NCBI GenBank assembly: GCA_030295235.1 | Contig: AP026143.1 | Coordinates: 434,001 to 498,000, forward strand | Length of the DNA stretch: 64,000 nucleotides | Reading direction: 5' to 3' | From: Fistulifera solaris | Lineage: Eukaryota | Shown: in pieces, positions 45,444-58,679 of the stretch | Layout: every line of letters starts with the position of its first letter | Position numbering within the stretch: the first letter of the stretch is position 1 | Translations under genes and position numbers: made by a program | The notes under the pieces: model-generated | The model's database searches: none | The model's input: the letters and a program-made list of their open reading frames with translations, nothing else | Told to the model about the DNA's origin: nothing

Positions 45444-46099
45444 TGTTTAGGGCTGAAGGGAGCGAATATTAGGAATCGAATAGGAGTGAAATGAAGCACG
45501 GAATGAGTAGAAAGGTTACAAAGTCGATGCGAAAAAATGAAAAAATAATACTCCGTATTGTTCATCGTCAAAAGCGCAACAAGAAAAAAAGAATAAACGG
45601 GCGTCCCAATTTTGCACGGGTAGCAGCCAGACTACGATGGGGATAGTCGGCCCAATTTGTCACACCGTAGTGAATACTACAGTAAACAACAGTATTCCAT
45701 AAACGATGCGATACACATTTCGGATCACGTAGGATAAGTAGGAAGCATTGTGACTTATTGACTGGTGACTGGTGACTGGTGACAGACGGTGTGACTTACT
45801 CACATTTCTACTCTGGTTTATTGTGTACATGTTTGGATTTCCATTGGGCTTTTTTTGGACGTGATAGAGAGAGTACACTGAAAACACTAAATAAGTCCTT
45901 AGCTTAGCTAAAAATGAAAGATGATCGAGTTCAGTTTTTGCTTTTTGCCCTTCACACGTTGCATCATCATTCATCAACATTTTATTTCATTTTTTCATTT
46001 ATCAATTATCATCGATCCCTTGTCCTGACTGCTATAACCTATCATCAGATTTGTACTAAGGCTTAGAGCGAGAACTGGAGAGAAGTTTCTCCATCATGT

Positions 46100-46881
46100 T
46101 TGCTTACAACTCTCTGTCATCGATTTTTTCCATTCAAGCCCGCCAAAGCCGAATTCGGTCATCGCAACCGGTGCACTGGTCCAGTGCGAGTCTTCGAGGA
46201 CCACGATGAACTGAGAGCAGCGCTGGAAGAATATTCCATTTCACCCGACGGACCTCCACCCAACTGCTGGGATGTTTCGAGAGTCACAAACTTTCGCTTT
46301 TTATTCAACGAATTGATCGATTTCAACGAGGACATTGGCGATTGGGACACGTCCGCGGTGGTTGACATGTCCTATGTGTTCAGCTATGCTTTATCGGTCA
46401 ACCAAGATATTGGCAGGTGGAACACGGGAGCTGTTACAGACATGGAGCGGGCTTTTGACGACGCGACGTCTTTCAATCAAAATATAGGTGCATGGAATAC
46501 GACAGCTGTCACCAGCATGTCTAGTATGTTTGCAAAAGCTCGTCCTTCAATCAAGATATAAGCAAGTGGGACACGAGAGCTGTCATTGATATGTCATATA
46601 TGTTTGCTCAAGCATCGGCCTTTAACCGAGACATCAGTGGATGGGATATATCATTATTTATGTTTTCTTTTGCCACGACCTTTAACCAAAATCTTGGCGG
46701 ATGGGACATAGCGGCTGTCACGGAAATGCGGAACATGTTTTTCCGTGCTGAAGCTTTTAATCAAGATATGTGTGCATGGAAAAACACAGCAGCGGGAACG
46801 ATTGACATGTTTAGTGGGACTGCCTGTCCGCATCTTGGCACCCCGACCCCCACTGAATTCTGTAGATCATGCTCTCCCTAG
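46100..46881 (+). CDS. DUF285/BspA-type surface repeat protein (~25-aa WDtSxVTxMxxMF..FNQDIG repeats); frameshift near 46540, start uncertain
   Basis: Repeats WDVSRVTNF, FNEDIGDWDTSAVVDM, NQDIGRWNTGAVTDM, FNQNIGAWNTTAVTSM, FNRDISGWD, FNQNLGGWD, FNQDMCAW; C-terminal MFSGTACP. Confidence 0.85.
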
Positions 46882-47168
46882 TAATATATCATCAGACCTA
46901 TATTTCATTTCTATTTCTGACCCTAGACATGGCTTCCCCAGAGGACGTGTACGGTACATGTCTCTAGCTAGCCCTACGTCCCCAATTGCCAATTGCTTTA
47001 GGTTGAGGTTAAAGTGCAAAATCAATCTCCCGCCGCGCCCTGCACGTACGGCGTACAGATCGACCGCGTTGACGAGACAATAATATTTTTCTTAAAGCAG
47101 AAAGGTTGAAACACAACAAGAATAAAAAGTGAGCTTTACCTAGTAAGCCGAAGCTTCATTACTTCGAA

Positions 47169-48781
47169 ATGAACGATCCTTTTCTAGAATTCCTTTCCCT
47201 GGAGCGGTTTTATTCTGCGCGAAAAGCATTTCCACTGTTCGCAGAAGAATTACCAATCTACCAATTGTTACGCTAACCAGCTCAATTGAGCGATATTGAC
47301 TGGAACGAATATCAGAAAATGGCTATTTGGTGCAGTAATAATTCAACCTTTATCTGTATCAACGATAAAGCTCAAATCAGGACGCGACACGTTTGCTTTC
47401 GGATCCTTCATTTCAGTGAATCTCTTTGCTATAAACTCGACGGCGCGATTTATGGAAACGACGATTCCGCCATTGCAGAGACGATGACTTTCTTTTGTCT
47501 CTTCAACATCCGGAAGGTGGAGTGGCTATGCTCCGAATTGAAGACCCCGATGAGGAATCCCCTAGCTTTGACTTTGCTGCCCTCTAACCAGAAAAGCTGG
47601 CGCAAATACTCGACTCGAATCCGGGACGGCATCTCGAAATCCAAGTAGGAACATGGAGTGCTGAACAGTCGGTCATTCTCGCCACAAGACCGTACCCTCT
47701 GAATTTGAAACTCACCAGAATTCCGGATAGCTCTGGAGGGTTTGGTTTCCGCGACTACGGTGCAGCATTTGTTAAGTCGCTTCAGCAACGACGATCTTCC
47801 TTTGGTTCGCTCAATATTGACTGCGACAACGATGAGTGGCTCATGTATCGCACGGAAATGAGACGCCTTTTGAAGCTGGAAGTATTCGAAAAACTCACGC
47901 TTTGTGTCTTGGACGAATTGACTATTCCAGCGTTCTCTGCTAGGGCCAAGGCTCTGGACCACAGCATTGACGCACAGTACGTCATGCCCAGCCATTTCAA
48001 ATCTTTGCGCATAGTGACAAAAGACCTTCACCTAAAGATACACTTTGGGGAAGATCGCACCTGGGTTTCCATACTCATTTCGTTCTTGAAGCGAGTGGCG
48101 AAATTGGGTCATTTTGAAAAGTTTGGTTTATCATTGATCGATTTTTGTCGGTGGGCAGATTGTGACGCTTTAGCACGGATTACACAGGCATTCATTGACG
48201 CCTTAAACGGAAACTCAGAATTGATACATTTGGATATTAGCGGGGCGCAATTTCTTTTCGATCATTCTGCCGTGCACTTTGGGGATGTTTTCCGTGCTTT
48301 GGAAGAGCACGGAGGTTTACGTACTGTTATTTTAGGCGACTACCCACCAGAAAACAATCCAGACGACTATTCGTTGCTCGAGCGGCTGCTCTCTCGCAAC
48401 CGAAGAATCACAGTTTATGATTACTTGGGCGACCGGTGCTCGAACGGAGATAGTATCGAGGCTCTTTATTCTATAAATGAAGTATACAATGGCGTCGCAA
48501 CTTTGGTGAAAGAGTCTGCATCACTGCGGCCCCTACTAATGGCGACGGCACTTCTAGAAGGCGTGTCTAACAAGTTCCAGCACTCTGCACTGTTATTGTC
48601 GGGCCTTACAGACGCGCTGTGTGAATTAATTCACGAATTGGACCAGATTGATGATGTTGATCTTTCAGCTGCGGGACCAATGGAGGAAGTCGAATTGTTT
48701 ACCTCTCGTGCTGATCGACAAGCCACAAGACCTTCAAAACGTCAACGCGGTTGCAGCGAGTCCGTACGGGAAAGAGAATAG
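47169..48781 (+). pseudogene. Dispersed, diverged member of the LRR/RNI-like paralog family; probable pseudogene
   Basis: ATG at 47169, in-frame TAA at 47274-47276 in the conserved YxLLR-x-P motif, and further frame disruption before ORF 47705..48781. That ORF has GAAFVKSLQQRRSSFGSL, LERLLSRNR, ALYSINE and FQHSALLLS. Confidence 0.75.
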
Positions 48782-49198
48782 TCTTTGGAACGGCATGCGG
48801 CGTTTCTTACCTTCTCTCTTTTCAAGCTATGGTGATTACTGAAACTCTGGTGCCTCGGCTATCCAAGTTCTACGATGGTAGCCTAGTCTAGCACCTTTAC
48901 CGGTACGCATGAATAGCAGGTACTCCGTGCAAAACTAAATTACGGAGTTAACCCTTAACCCCATGCGTATTACTCGTGACTCATTAATTGCTTCAACAAA
49001 GGGCGCGCACTATTATTTTTTCATCGCTATTACTACGGTATTACGTATTTCTTCCATTATAATATTTACTTTTATAAACTCATTCTCATTCTTTGCCTTT
49101 GTCTCTCAACTTCAAAATTGATGTTATTGAACATCAACAAAACATTGGGTGCTTTGTTGACTTGTCGATTTACCATCACCCGCCTGTACTCAACAAAC

Positions 49199-50124
49199 AT
49201 GCCGATCACAACCAATCATCGCCAAAGCGGCATCGTCATGATCCTATCACCCGCCAAGACACTCGATTTATCCCCGTTTGATGGCGAAAGCACTATCATG
49301 AAAAATGTGGGAGTCACACAGCCTGATTGCCATCACGAGCAGACCCGCTATATTGCACAGTGCATGAAACAACGTTCCGCCACCGAACTGGCCAAATTGC
49401 TTTCACTGTCGACTACATTGGCTCAAACAGCCGCCAGTTATTGGAAGGCGTACGATGAAGAAGCACCCTCGAACAACCCACAAGCCAAACCGTGTATATT
49501 TGCTTTCTCGGGTGCCGCCTATCAAGGCTTGGATATTTCTACTTGTGACAATGCGGCCTTGTCATATATGCAAAGTTGTCTCCGTATTCTCGATCCATTG
49601 TACGGTGTTTTGCGACCACTGGATCGCATTCAACCCTATCGTCTTGAAATGGCTACGAAAAACGCAATATTTGTTGACAAAAGAGAAGGATAAAATTGAG
49701 CGATTATTGGAAACCAGCCGTGACGCGACGACTGTCTGACGACCTGAAACAAGTCTCGCCATCATCAATCCTCCTAAATTTGGCCAGCGATGAGTATTCG
49801 GTTGCCGTCGATTCAACCAACCTCCCTGCACAAACGAAATGTATCAAGGTGGTATTTCACGAACCGAACGGAAAAGTGGTTGCGGTTCATGCGAAACGAG
49901 CACGGGGCTTGATGGTGCGCTATTTGGCCTCTGTCCAAGCGACCACAACCGATGACATCCAAAAATTTGACTTAGAAGGGTATGCATTTCAACCAAATGC
50001 TTCGGATGAAACAACCTTTGTTTTCCAGCGACAATCTACGCCCGTGACGGCATCGTCAAAACGCACAGCTGCCACTGCAACGAAAGAGCCTGCTGCTAAA
50101 CGAACGCGAAAGACTCATGACTAA
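49199..50124 (+). CDS. yaaA: YaaA/UPF0246 (DUF328) peroxide-stress DNA-binding protein (frameshift near 49685)
   Basis: ILSPAKTLD, AFSGAAYQGLD, LYGVLRPLDRIQPYRLEMAT, LLNLASDEYS, AKRARGLMVRY, FDLEGY. Confidence 0.9.
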
Positions 50125-50185
50125 ACTTTTACGAAATTTTGTAAGGGAAGTTACCCACTAGCAACTATTATCTTGTAGTGCATTA

Positions 50186-50892
50186 CTACCAAGGCCACGA
50201 TTTCTTTTTCGGTGGTTCTTCTTTTGGTGGCGGAGGAAGATTTTTCTTTTCTTTCTTACCGCCAAAGAAGGATGACAGCTTTCCCATCACATCAGAATCG
50301 TCATCGACATAACCCTGCTCGGCGTAAGGTAATCGTAAATCAAAGCGGCCGCCATTATCGAACTTGCCTCCGACCTGAAGAAAAATAGAACATCTTGAGT
50401 TTAACAAAACAAAATCTTTCAACACACACGAGAAGAACTCACGCCGAATTCTCCTCCGACCCCGAAACTAGCCATCGGTAACGGAATACCACCAATCTTT
50501 TTCGGATCACCGTATTGATTATCTAAATCTGAAATTGATCCATCCGCACGACGCTTTTTCCATTCATCCAACGGATCTTCTCCCTTGGCGTACGACTTTT
50601 TCTGCCAAGCCCACATTTGTTCTTGCTTGGCGGTAGCTTCCGCTCGACGTTGCGCTACTTTGCTAAAATATTGTTCGCGTTCGGCCTGCGGCTTGCGGCG
50701 ATTTCTCAGAATCTCTTGTTGCCGTTCCCATTGCTCGTCTAAATCGTCTTTACCAGAACCCATGCCTTTGAAACCGTCGAACAAGCCCATGTGAAGCGCG
50801 GAAGACGACGAACTCGAGGACTGTTTCGGCAGCATATAGGCGCATCCTCCGCCCAAAAGAAGAAACAAGGAAACACTTCTTGTCACTTTCAT
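50186..50892 (-). CDS. Plastid-targeted hypothetical protein, 2 exons
   Basis: Signal plus Ser-rich transit peptide ending ALHMGLFDG. A GT-AG intron at 50375-50442 joins GGEFG/VGGKFDNGGRFDLRLPY. Ends KKSWPW. Confidence 0.75.
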
Positions 50893-51708
50893 CTTGCTCG
50901 TTAAAATGACTCCTCTTCTCACTTGCTTTTCTACCGAATGAGTTGATGATTCTGTTATTTTGCGTCTCATCCTTTTTATTTTCTTTCTTGAACAAAAATA
51001 GTCGAGCTGTTTTTGGATGACGTCGGCACAGTTTCCCATGAATGAATCACGAGTGGTTACCACGGCTTGAGGAGTCATGAATCATCCACAAGATAACGTT
51101 AACTCTGATGATGTCCGATGGACGACTTTTTGCGCCTTTTGGAAAAGTCCCAGTTTCGGAAATTCTGTACATCTTCTTGTATACTGAATGATGTGGCGAA
51201 CAAGTATGACTCACTGAAACATCAAAGTTCAGCTTTGATGTTCCCTGACGCAAAGGTAAGATTTTGGCGGACTGCACTATCGATTTTAAAGTAGTCTGCC
51301 TCGAACACAATTTTGATTGGCTGGAGTTGACTTTCGTGGCGAAAAACGTCAGTGATTTTGGGACGACGAGAACCACAAATAATTTTCCGGTCGCTCATTT
51401 GACTATAGTTGATTGTGTAGAGGGCCTAACTCCATCCACTGCGTATGGATCGTACGAGCGCTCTACGAGCAAATCCTTGCGTTGGTTGCATTTGTAAAAG
51501 TGACAAAGATACGTCTGCGTTTCTTGCATTTACATTTACATCAATCGAAAACATCGTTCCTCCAAGAATACAAATAAAATACATCTACTTGTCATCATTT
51601 ACTTTGAATTGAACGAGAGCGAAAGTAGAAGTTCTTGAAATGTCCCGGCTACAATTGCACTCTGTTCGGTTGACAAGATGTTTCTTGTGCTGCGTGATCG
51701 CTCTTTGT

Positions 51709-52153
51709 ATGTGCAGCACGGTTGTTGCTTGGTCGCCAGCGACAGGGAAAGCCTTTCAATCCGTTCACAGCAAAACATCAACTCGACGAGTAGGCTTTGT
51801 GGTCACTGATAAGAAAACTTCACAAAAACCGAATTTAACCGAACAAAAGATGCTGCGGAATCCTAGCAACCCCAATGTGAGAGACTCGAACAAAAAGAGT
51901 ACAACGAAACTCTCTCATTCCGTGCTGGCGGACTGTGATACACTACCCTCTTTCCCAACCGCTCATGGACTTCTTTCTCCGGAAACAGTCATGCTACTAG
52001 AAGATCATTCGGCTCGCAACGATGCCAGTGAAGCCATTGTGACTTTTTTTGGACCAATATCGACGAAACGGTCCGCTCTCATGTCTGCACATGTTGAGTG
52101 ACCCAGAGATACTACCTCATCTCACCCGAGCTATGCGAGAAATTACTGCTTAG
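51709..52153 (+). CDS. Small hypothetical protein with signal/transit peptide (frameshift at T run 52043-52050)
   Basis: VVA-W signal motif; core DTLPSFPTAHGLLSPETV; shifted frame FLDQYRRNGPLSCLHMLSDPEILPHLTRAMR ends at TAG 52151-52153. Start uncertain. Confidence 0.6.
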
Positions 52154-52376
52154 GAGGCGCCTAGCCTCACGCGCGCAAGAAAAATGCATACAGCATCCTG
52201 TTTCCCTATCTACCCAAGCCCACTGTACTAATAATGAATTATTAGAATTCAATACATGACCTCTATTTCATTCGCTAGTCGATTCTTATATTTTGTGTTG
52301 ATGAAGTGTTCGTGACGTATAGAGGTGGAATCGGATCGCGGATCGCACTCCATGCCCCTGAGAAAGTCATTAGTAT

Positions 52377-54460
52377 TTAGTCATCGTTATTTGCTATGGT
52401 TCCTAGGGATAGCTTGCTTTGATACTCGCTAGATGTAGGACGTTTCATCAACTCTCTTAAGAAGATAGTCGCATAAGAAGAAGAAGGAAGAGTGAAACTG
52501 ATGGTCATACCAAGTAATCCTCTATCAGCCTCGCCGTCGGAAGCTTCAATATCAACGTTGTTTACCTTCATCAAGTCGGTCTGAATTAACGGCTGCAAGG
52601 GATCATTGTAGCTTAGAATGCGAGACGTAACGTCACTCGCCTTGCATAAAATCTTCCGATAGTCCCCCGGACAAGTCAAGTCACGGTCTTCGATCCTCTT
52701 GAGCATATCTCGTGTGATTCCTTGGTCTGTCATGAGACGTTCTAGCAGTTCCCCCCGAACTGTTCTTGGGAAGAACACTTTTGTAACCTATCAAAGGAAA
52801 AACCAAATCCAGTATTGTGAATTGCGACGAATCGATGTCAGCTTGTGATAGCGCCTTCACGGTTGAATGCGTGTTGTCATCAGCCTTTTCATCCTCTGCC
52901 AAGACCAAATCACCTACTTGCACGTTTGCATCTTGTGTCAATCGAGCCGAGACGGCAGCATTCCACAAGAAGCTTTGAAACGCATGAATAAACATCAGTC
53001 GAAGAGTTTTGGGTATGCACGAGAACGCCCTCTTGTAATCGAGTGGGAAACGTGCGAGACTCTGTACAATGGCCAGCTCGGTGGTAATACCGCGCTGAAA
53101 CTGACATGCCAAACGATCCGCAACTTGCTTCTCCGCCGCTGCACGTCCGTCGGAGGGTACATTATCAAATCGATTTTGCCATTCCTCTCGTGCTTTTTTA
53201 ATGTTCTCCTTTTCACCAGCTTTAGGACTCATTATTATGTCAATAGCTTTCTCAAAACTTCCTTTGATAATTTCAATTCCGATAAGATGCGTATCGTAAT
53301 ACTTCCCAAAACGTTGCATGCCAAAGTAGTTGATGAATCCGTTGTTACGAATCGCGTCAACAGCGGATTCTAAAACATCTTTGGGAGGTTTTTCAGTGCT
53401 CCCGTCTTTTGCCACAATATTTCTCAGTGCGACTTCAAAGCGATTTCCTCGTAAACTTCCAAGACGAAGATCTTTTTCTACAAACTGAAAATTTCCTACA
53501 CGCAACACACTAGTGCCAGAAAGTTTCGTATTTCCACCGCCCTGCGACTTGTTGTTGTATCCGTTGCACTTACAAAGCACAGAGAGCGGCGTATGGGCTG
53601 GCGCAGTGACAAACTGACTCGTGACCCCTCTTTTATCTTTGTTACCCGCAAAGCCGATACGAAGCCTGCCCTGCTTTCCACCCTGACGTTGCAGCTGACT
53701 GATCGCCATCCCCGTTTCCATATTTTCTTTGTACAGCACAAACTTGACAAACTTCATTCCTTTCGGAGGACGTTGATTGTTGTTGCTATCACGATGCATC
53801 GCGTTCCGACCGTTTTCAAAGGCTTTGTAGTTGGGCATTTCCTTTTCAAAACGGACATGCCAAATGCGAATGACCTTATCGTTGTTGCCTGAGCCAGAAA
53901 TCGTATCGGCTCGTGCGCAAAATCCTAGACGATCCCGAATCCACTGGTGCAAATCGCGCCGTTTGTCTTTATCATTGGCTGGCGGAAGTGACACATATCG
54001 CTCATCACCTACTTCTGAGTCGTTTGTATTTTCCTGAACTTTTCGTAAGAACAGAATAGCCGCCTTAGCTGCAGTATCATCTGTAAGGGCTTTGAGCTCA
54101 TTTTCGAGGTCGGACCAGACCGGTTCGCTATGGACGTCGTTCGCCTCTTCTCGTTTTCTTTTGCGGCTTTCCTCTGCTTCTGTTTGTACCGAACTGTCAA
54201 CAACATCGCCTATCACTGTAGGTTCTAGCGACTCCAACCGAGCTATGGAACCATCCAAGTCCACTACAAGTCAACGAATACATGTTAGATCAATCTCACC
54301 GTAAATGGGGAGGATAATAGCGAAACGTACCTTCATGGACGATAAAATCCGAGAATCGTCCTTTCGAAATTGCCGAGAAACCCGGAACGTGCGGCGATAG
54401 GTACGCCGTTAGCCCCAAACTTTGCTCTATAGGATCATAAATCACTTCATGGTCCGTCAT
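52377..54460 (-). CDS. PUS7: tRNA/multisubstrate pseudouridine synthase TruD/PUS7 (intron 54264-54330; frameshift at C run ~52751)
   Basis: KGRFSDFIVHE, FAGNKDKRGVTSQ (catalytic Asp), LGSLRGNRF, GFINYFGMQRFG, HAFQSFLWN, GDYRK, FTLPSSSYATIFLRE. Confidence 0.93.
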
Positions 54461-55012
54461 GATGAAGTCGCTTGGCATTAAAGTAAAAGGGAGGGCAAAA
54501 GGTTTGCAGACTTTTTGTTTTGGATCTTTCCGCGATCGCGAAGAAAAAATTTGGGTGGTATGCTGCATGCAGACTCCTCGCGAATGATATTTAGTCACGA
54601 GTCATTTAGATTTGTTTATTACTCCACTCTAACTGTGAGATGTGTTGTGCTATTTTAAAAAAACTCTGAAATTTTAAATGACTCTCGCGTTACTAAATAC
54701 GGATTGATACATTCGTCGGGTAACCTAGCCACGCAGAAATGTGCATTCGAATTTTTGAGCACTGAAAACTATGCGTTATATATCTTCAAATCAATTAATT
54801 GGCAATAACGCTCCAAGGAGTTTTAGCTAAATGTAGCACAAAAGAAGAAGGGCAAAATATCCTGTATTTTCCTTTGAGCTGCTGTGTTACTCGATGTGTT
54901 AACACTTCAGTTCGTTCGTTAAAGCTAGACGCCGGACTAGCATTGACTTAGAATTCCTAAAGAAAGAAGGCATAGATAACTTCGAAGATCGAAGTGCTGA
55001 TCAATCTATCAT

Positions 55013-55663
55013 TCAGCCTAGCATGAATATTCGGTCGCCAATATCTTGGACCATCCAATCGATTCCCTCTTTCAGCCCTTCTCCGGTGACTGCGCTACAG
55101 CTTTGTATACTCCAATGACGATTCGTAAAACGCTCACTCTGATCCATTTCCAAAGCTTGCTCAATTTCTGCAGAAGTAAGAGCTCCAGAAATATCTTGTT
55201 TGTTGGCTAATATTAACAGAGATGCCCCTGCTAAACGCTCTTGTGATAACAAATCCGCCAGTTCTTGGCGACAAATATCCAGTCGAAACGGATCCGCACT
55301 GTCGACAACCCAAATGAGTCCGTCTGTTTGCTCAAAATAATTCCTCCAGTACGCTCGTATGGACTTTTGACCTCCCACATCCCACATGTGTAGCTGATAA
55401 TGACACGATGAAGAGGCTTGGTATTCGAGCGTCTGAATGTGAAAGCCCAATGTCGGTTCTATTTTATCGATCGGGTCACCGCAAAGCCTCTTTAGCACGG
55501 TTGTTTTCCCAGCGTTGTCGAGTCCTAAAATAAGAATGCGCATCTCCTTTTCTTTTTGTTTGATCTGGTCGGAAGCGAGACGCGGTTGAGACGAAAAGAT
55601 GAACGTTCGATTGTGTACTTTTCGTGAATCTCGTACCTTCCGTAATATCGTCAGCAGACCCAT
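55013..55663 (-). CDS. ARL2: ADP-ribosylation factor-like GTPase ARL2, 2 exons
   Basis: [69 protein letters not shown]. In-frame 72-nt GT-AG intron at 55565-55636. Confidence 0.95.
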   Translation of the reverse strand: MGLLTILRKVRDSRKVHNRTFIFSSQPRLASDQIKQKEKEMRILILGLDNAGKTTVLKRLCGDPIDKIEPTLGFHIQTLEYQASSSCHYQLHMWDVGGQKSIRAYWRNYFEQTDGLIWVVDSADPFRLDICRQELADLLSQERLAGASLLILANKQDISGALTSAEIEQALEMDQSERFTNRHWSIQSCSAVTGEGLKEGIDWMVQDIGDRIFMLG

Positions 55664-56046
55664 TGTATTTCTCAGCACTCGCGTATCTGATTTTATAAGT
55701 TAATCGAAAGTATTGATGAGTTAAGCGTAATGCAGTTTAAACAAAAGAAGAATGCGAGCAACAACGCCACAAAAGATGAACGGATCATGCGATCCCTAGA
55801 TCGAAACGAGTTTATATCTCCCGGTACTTCGAATCCTTACTTTAGTGTACTTTTGTAGTACCGGTACGTTACGCTCTGCGACATGTGACGATTTTCATGA
55901 GATTTCTTTTCCTCCGCGCCTTTTTGTTTCACACAAAAACGAAATCAGCGCTTGCATACCTGTCATTGACAATAAAACAAAAGCAAAAGCCTTTAACGAC
56001 GCACAAGCAAAACGAAAAGCTACGTAGATCGCTAAAGAACAGCATA

Positions 56047-57065
56047 ATGACTCTTCTTGATTTACCCGACGACCTGTTTTCGGAATCGATCTTCACGTAT
56101 GTTCCCGTGACAGACTTGGGGCGTTTCGGTACCGTTTGTCGCAAATTTCACAGCATGAGGCATCTCGTTGATCAAGAATTGAAAGCGAGAGACACCGCCT
56201 TGATCGTATCACAGCAATATCCCGCCGAAAGTCCCATCCTGTCGATCTTGGACTACCGCGAACGGGTCCTATGGTTCGAGCGTTGCAGCGCCTTTGCGTT
56301 GGAGATGACCCACCAAGCAGTGGAACACGAAGCTTGCCCGAGTCACGAAGACGAAACGGGGTGTCAGTGTGTTCCTCTGAACAGTTTCCCAAGGTTAAAG
56401 GATGGTCTTCGAGACGGGAAGAACTACTTCTTTTTTGTGCAGTTTACTTCTATGAGTGAATTGTTATGGGAAGGATTTCTTCAGGATGCCCAAACAGAAT
56501 CGGATGAATACAGTCCTCTGATAAGCTTGTTCTTTAACGAAAACGTAGACATTTATCAAGCTTTCGATGGGGAAGAGATCAATAATGGTAGATCCATATT
56601 TGCCTCGGTAAACGAAATGTTCCAGTGGAGGGATTTCACGCGGGGAGAGAAACTCAGTTTCACCTCGACGCTAGCAACATTACCAACCTGACAAAAGAAC
56701 ATGTGAACTCGGACCTGCACGTGACAGTAGTCAGCCTGGTTGTCGATCAACATACAACGCCGCCTCGAAAGTTGCATTTGCATTACTCGTCCCGGGGACA
56801 TTTGCAGTCACCTTCATTTGAAGATAGGTCGGTGTCCTTTGACGTTTTGCGTCACCGATACTTGCCGAACTACTGTGCGACGGTCCGTGAGACCGATAAG
56901 ACTTACACGCTCTCTGAATATGCTACGCCATACATGATTTGGACGTCACGAAGCTGTCTCTTTAGTTTCTCTCTGCTTCACACGTTTGACTTGCGCAGTT
57001 TGCGTCCCGTGACAATGGATGTGGCGAGCTTGAGATTGGGACAGATTCATTTGGAACGTGAGTAG
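56047..57065 (+). CDS. F-box protein (frameshift near 56660)
   Basis: N-terminal LLDLPDDLFSESIFTYV..DLGRFGTVCRKF F-box. ORFs 55885..56691 and 56625..57065 overlap. Confidence 0.75.
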
Positions 57066-57582
57066 ATGGTGACACGGTCCATTCACCACGCTCCAGGTCT
57101 CCTTTCGTCGTCGGCTTATTCTCTGGCTTGAAGAGTTGTTCGTGACGCTTCAAACACGTCTTTTATGCCTTAGACGCTAAAGCGCGTATAAGATTAAACC
57201 TTAGTAGATGAAATTCACCGTGATTTTGTCTGTAAAATCGTCTTCCTGATTGCAGGTGGCCATACCGTCGTAACGAACACAAGACTCGTAACGAATAGAG
57301 TAATCCATCATGATGATGGGAAGGCTGTGTTATCAATAGAAGCCCCCTTCCAACGATCAATGCCGAGAATTCAAAGCGATTTCACGAGGGTGAGCCGCAA
57401 AAGCAATGTTCCGCGAATGTCATGTATTGGGCCTCTTGACATCGTTTCGATTTTTCGCCCCCTCCAAATTGTATTGATTCGGAGATACGCCAAGAGTGTC
57501 GATGCTCTAACTAAGCAACATTCGACCCAACAGCAATCAGATACTCACATCGCGTCCCTAAACAAGGATCCGAGTATACACC

Positions 57583-58221
57583 CTAGTGATCCTTCTTGTT
57601 CTGGAAAGGAAATGATATCCCTTTAAAGCAAGCCACAATTGTCGACAAGCTTTTTACAATATAGCGTAGTAGTGGATTGTGCATGTGATAGATTTCGAAC
57701 AAATGCAAACGGCCTTGATCACAGACTAAATGCAGCATGACAACGGACACTATATTTCCGAATTCGTATTCAAATCTTCGCTTGATGAAAAGTTCGGTTG
57801 TATCCGGCCGTACCGACTGCACATGCGCCAGTAGACGGTTGCGATCAAGACCAAGATCCAAGTTGTGTCGTTTTCCCGCTTTTTCGGCTTGTACACGATC
57901 CGGTAACGGTAGATTGCCGTCTTCTTCGCGGCCGATGAGAAACTTGGTTCGACCGATCAAGGTCAAAAAACCGGTCCAGCTCACTAAAACCAACAAGTAA
58001 TAAGAAAGCAAAGTCAGTCGTCCAGACGAAAACTCATATTTCTGCAAGGAACACGCTTGGAGATTCGCAGCGTCCGCCACTGCTTTGGGCATGAAGAGAA
58101 TCGAACCATCAAACGATCGAATGCATTTGGCGGCAGTTGCGGGCTGACAAAGCATCCCGTGAAAATGAATGTAATCTTCAAGCGTTGCTCGTTTATTTTG
58201 AGCTGCTCTTTTGTTTAACAT
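57583..58221 (-). CDS. Hypothetical ORF, 212 aa
   Basis: ATG-initiated ORF in an otherwise empty interval; no recognisable motif. Confidence 0.3.
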   Translation of the reverse strand: MLNKRAAQNKRATLEDYIHFHGMLCQPATAAKCIRSFDGSILFMPKAVADAANLQACSLQKYEFSSGRLTLLSYYLLVLVSWTGFLTLIGRTKFLIGREEDGNLPLPDRVQAEKAGKRHNLDLGLDRNRLLAHVQSVRPDTTELFIKRRFEYEFGNIVSVVMLHLVCDQGRLHLFEIYHMHNPLLRYIVKSLSTIVACFKGISFPFQNKKDH

Positions 58222-58679
58222 TCTTACTGCTCGTTTTGGAAAGAATAGAAAATAAATATACGGAGTAGTTGATTTTAGAATGGTTGTTGTGTCATTACGT
58301 ACTGCGCACCTTATTGTTTTCGCATCCTTTTGTTATCTGCGCTGCGCGATGCGACGAGCACGAAACCTCTCAAACAACCACTGTGACTCCCTCCGTGGCT
58401 AACTCTACACTGTACCGCCATAGTACCAAGCACGGAAGCAGCACGCAGGCGGGCCTGCCTTTCCCGCACTTTTTACTTATACTAAAGTTTTCAACAGCGC
58501 GCAAGCCGGGTTGCTTCATGCATCAAGCCGCCATTCATCGATCACATCGAAACATCGCCGTTCGACGATGATGTCGAACCAATGACACTAAAGATTACGT
58601 TTTCATCGTTTTTGTTAAAGTAAACATAAAATAGCGACAAACAGCGCTGGCTGTCACGCATGCATCGCTCAAAGGCATC

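Noticed and set aside
45759..45783. (TGACTGG)3 short tandem repeat; also GCT/GGT repeats near 22811 and CTGTACC repeats near 36435
   Set aside because: Short simple repeats with no supporting context.
55565..55636. Apparent 24-aa insertion in ARL2
   Set aside because: It is a 72-nt in-frame GT-AG intron; removing it restores canonical ARL2.
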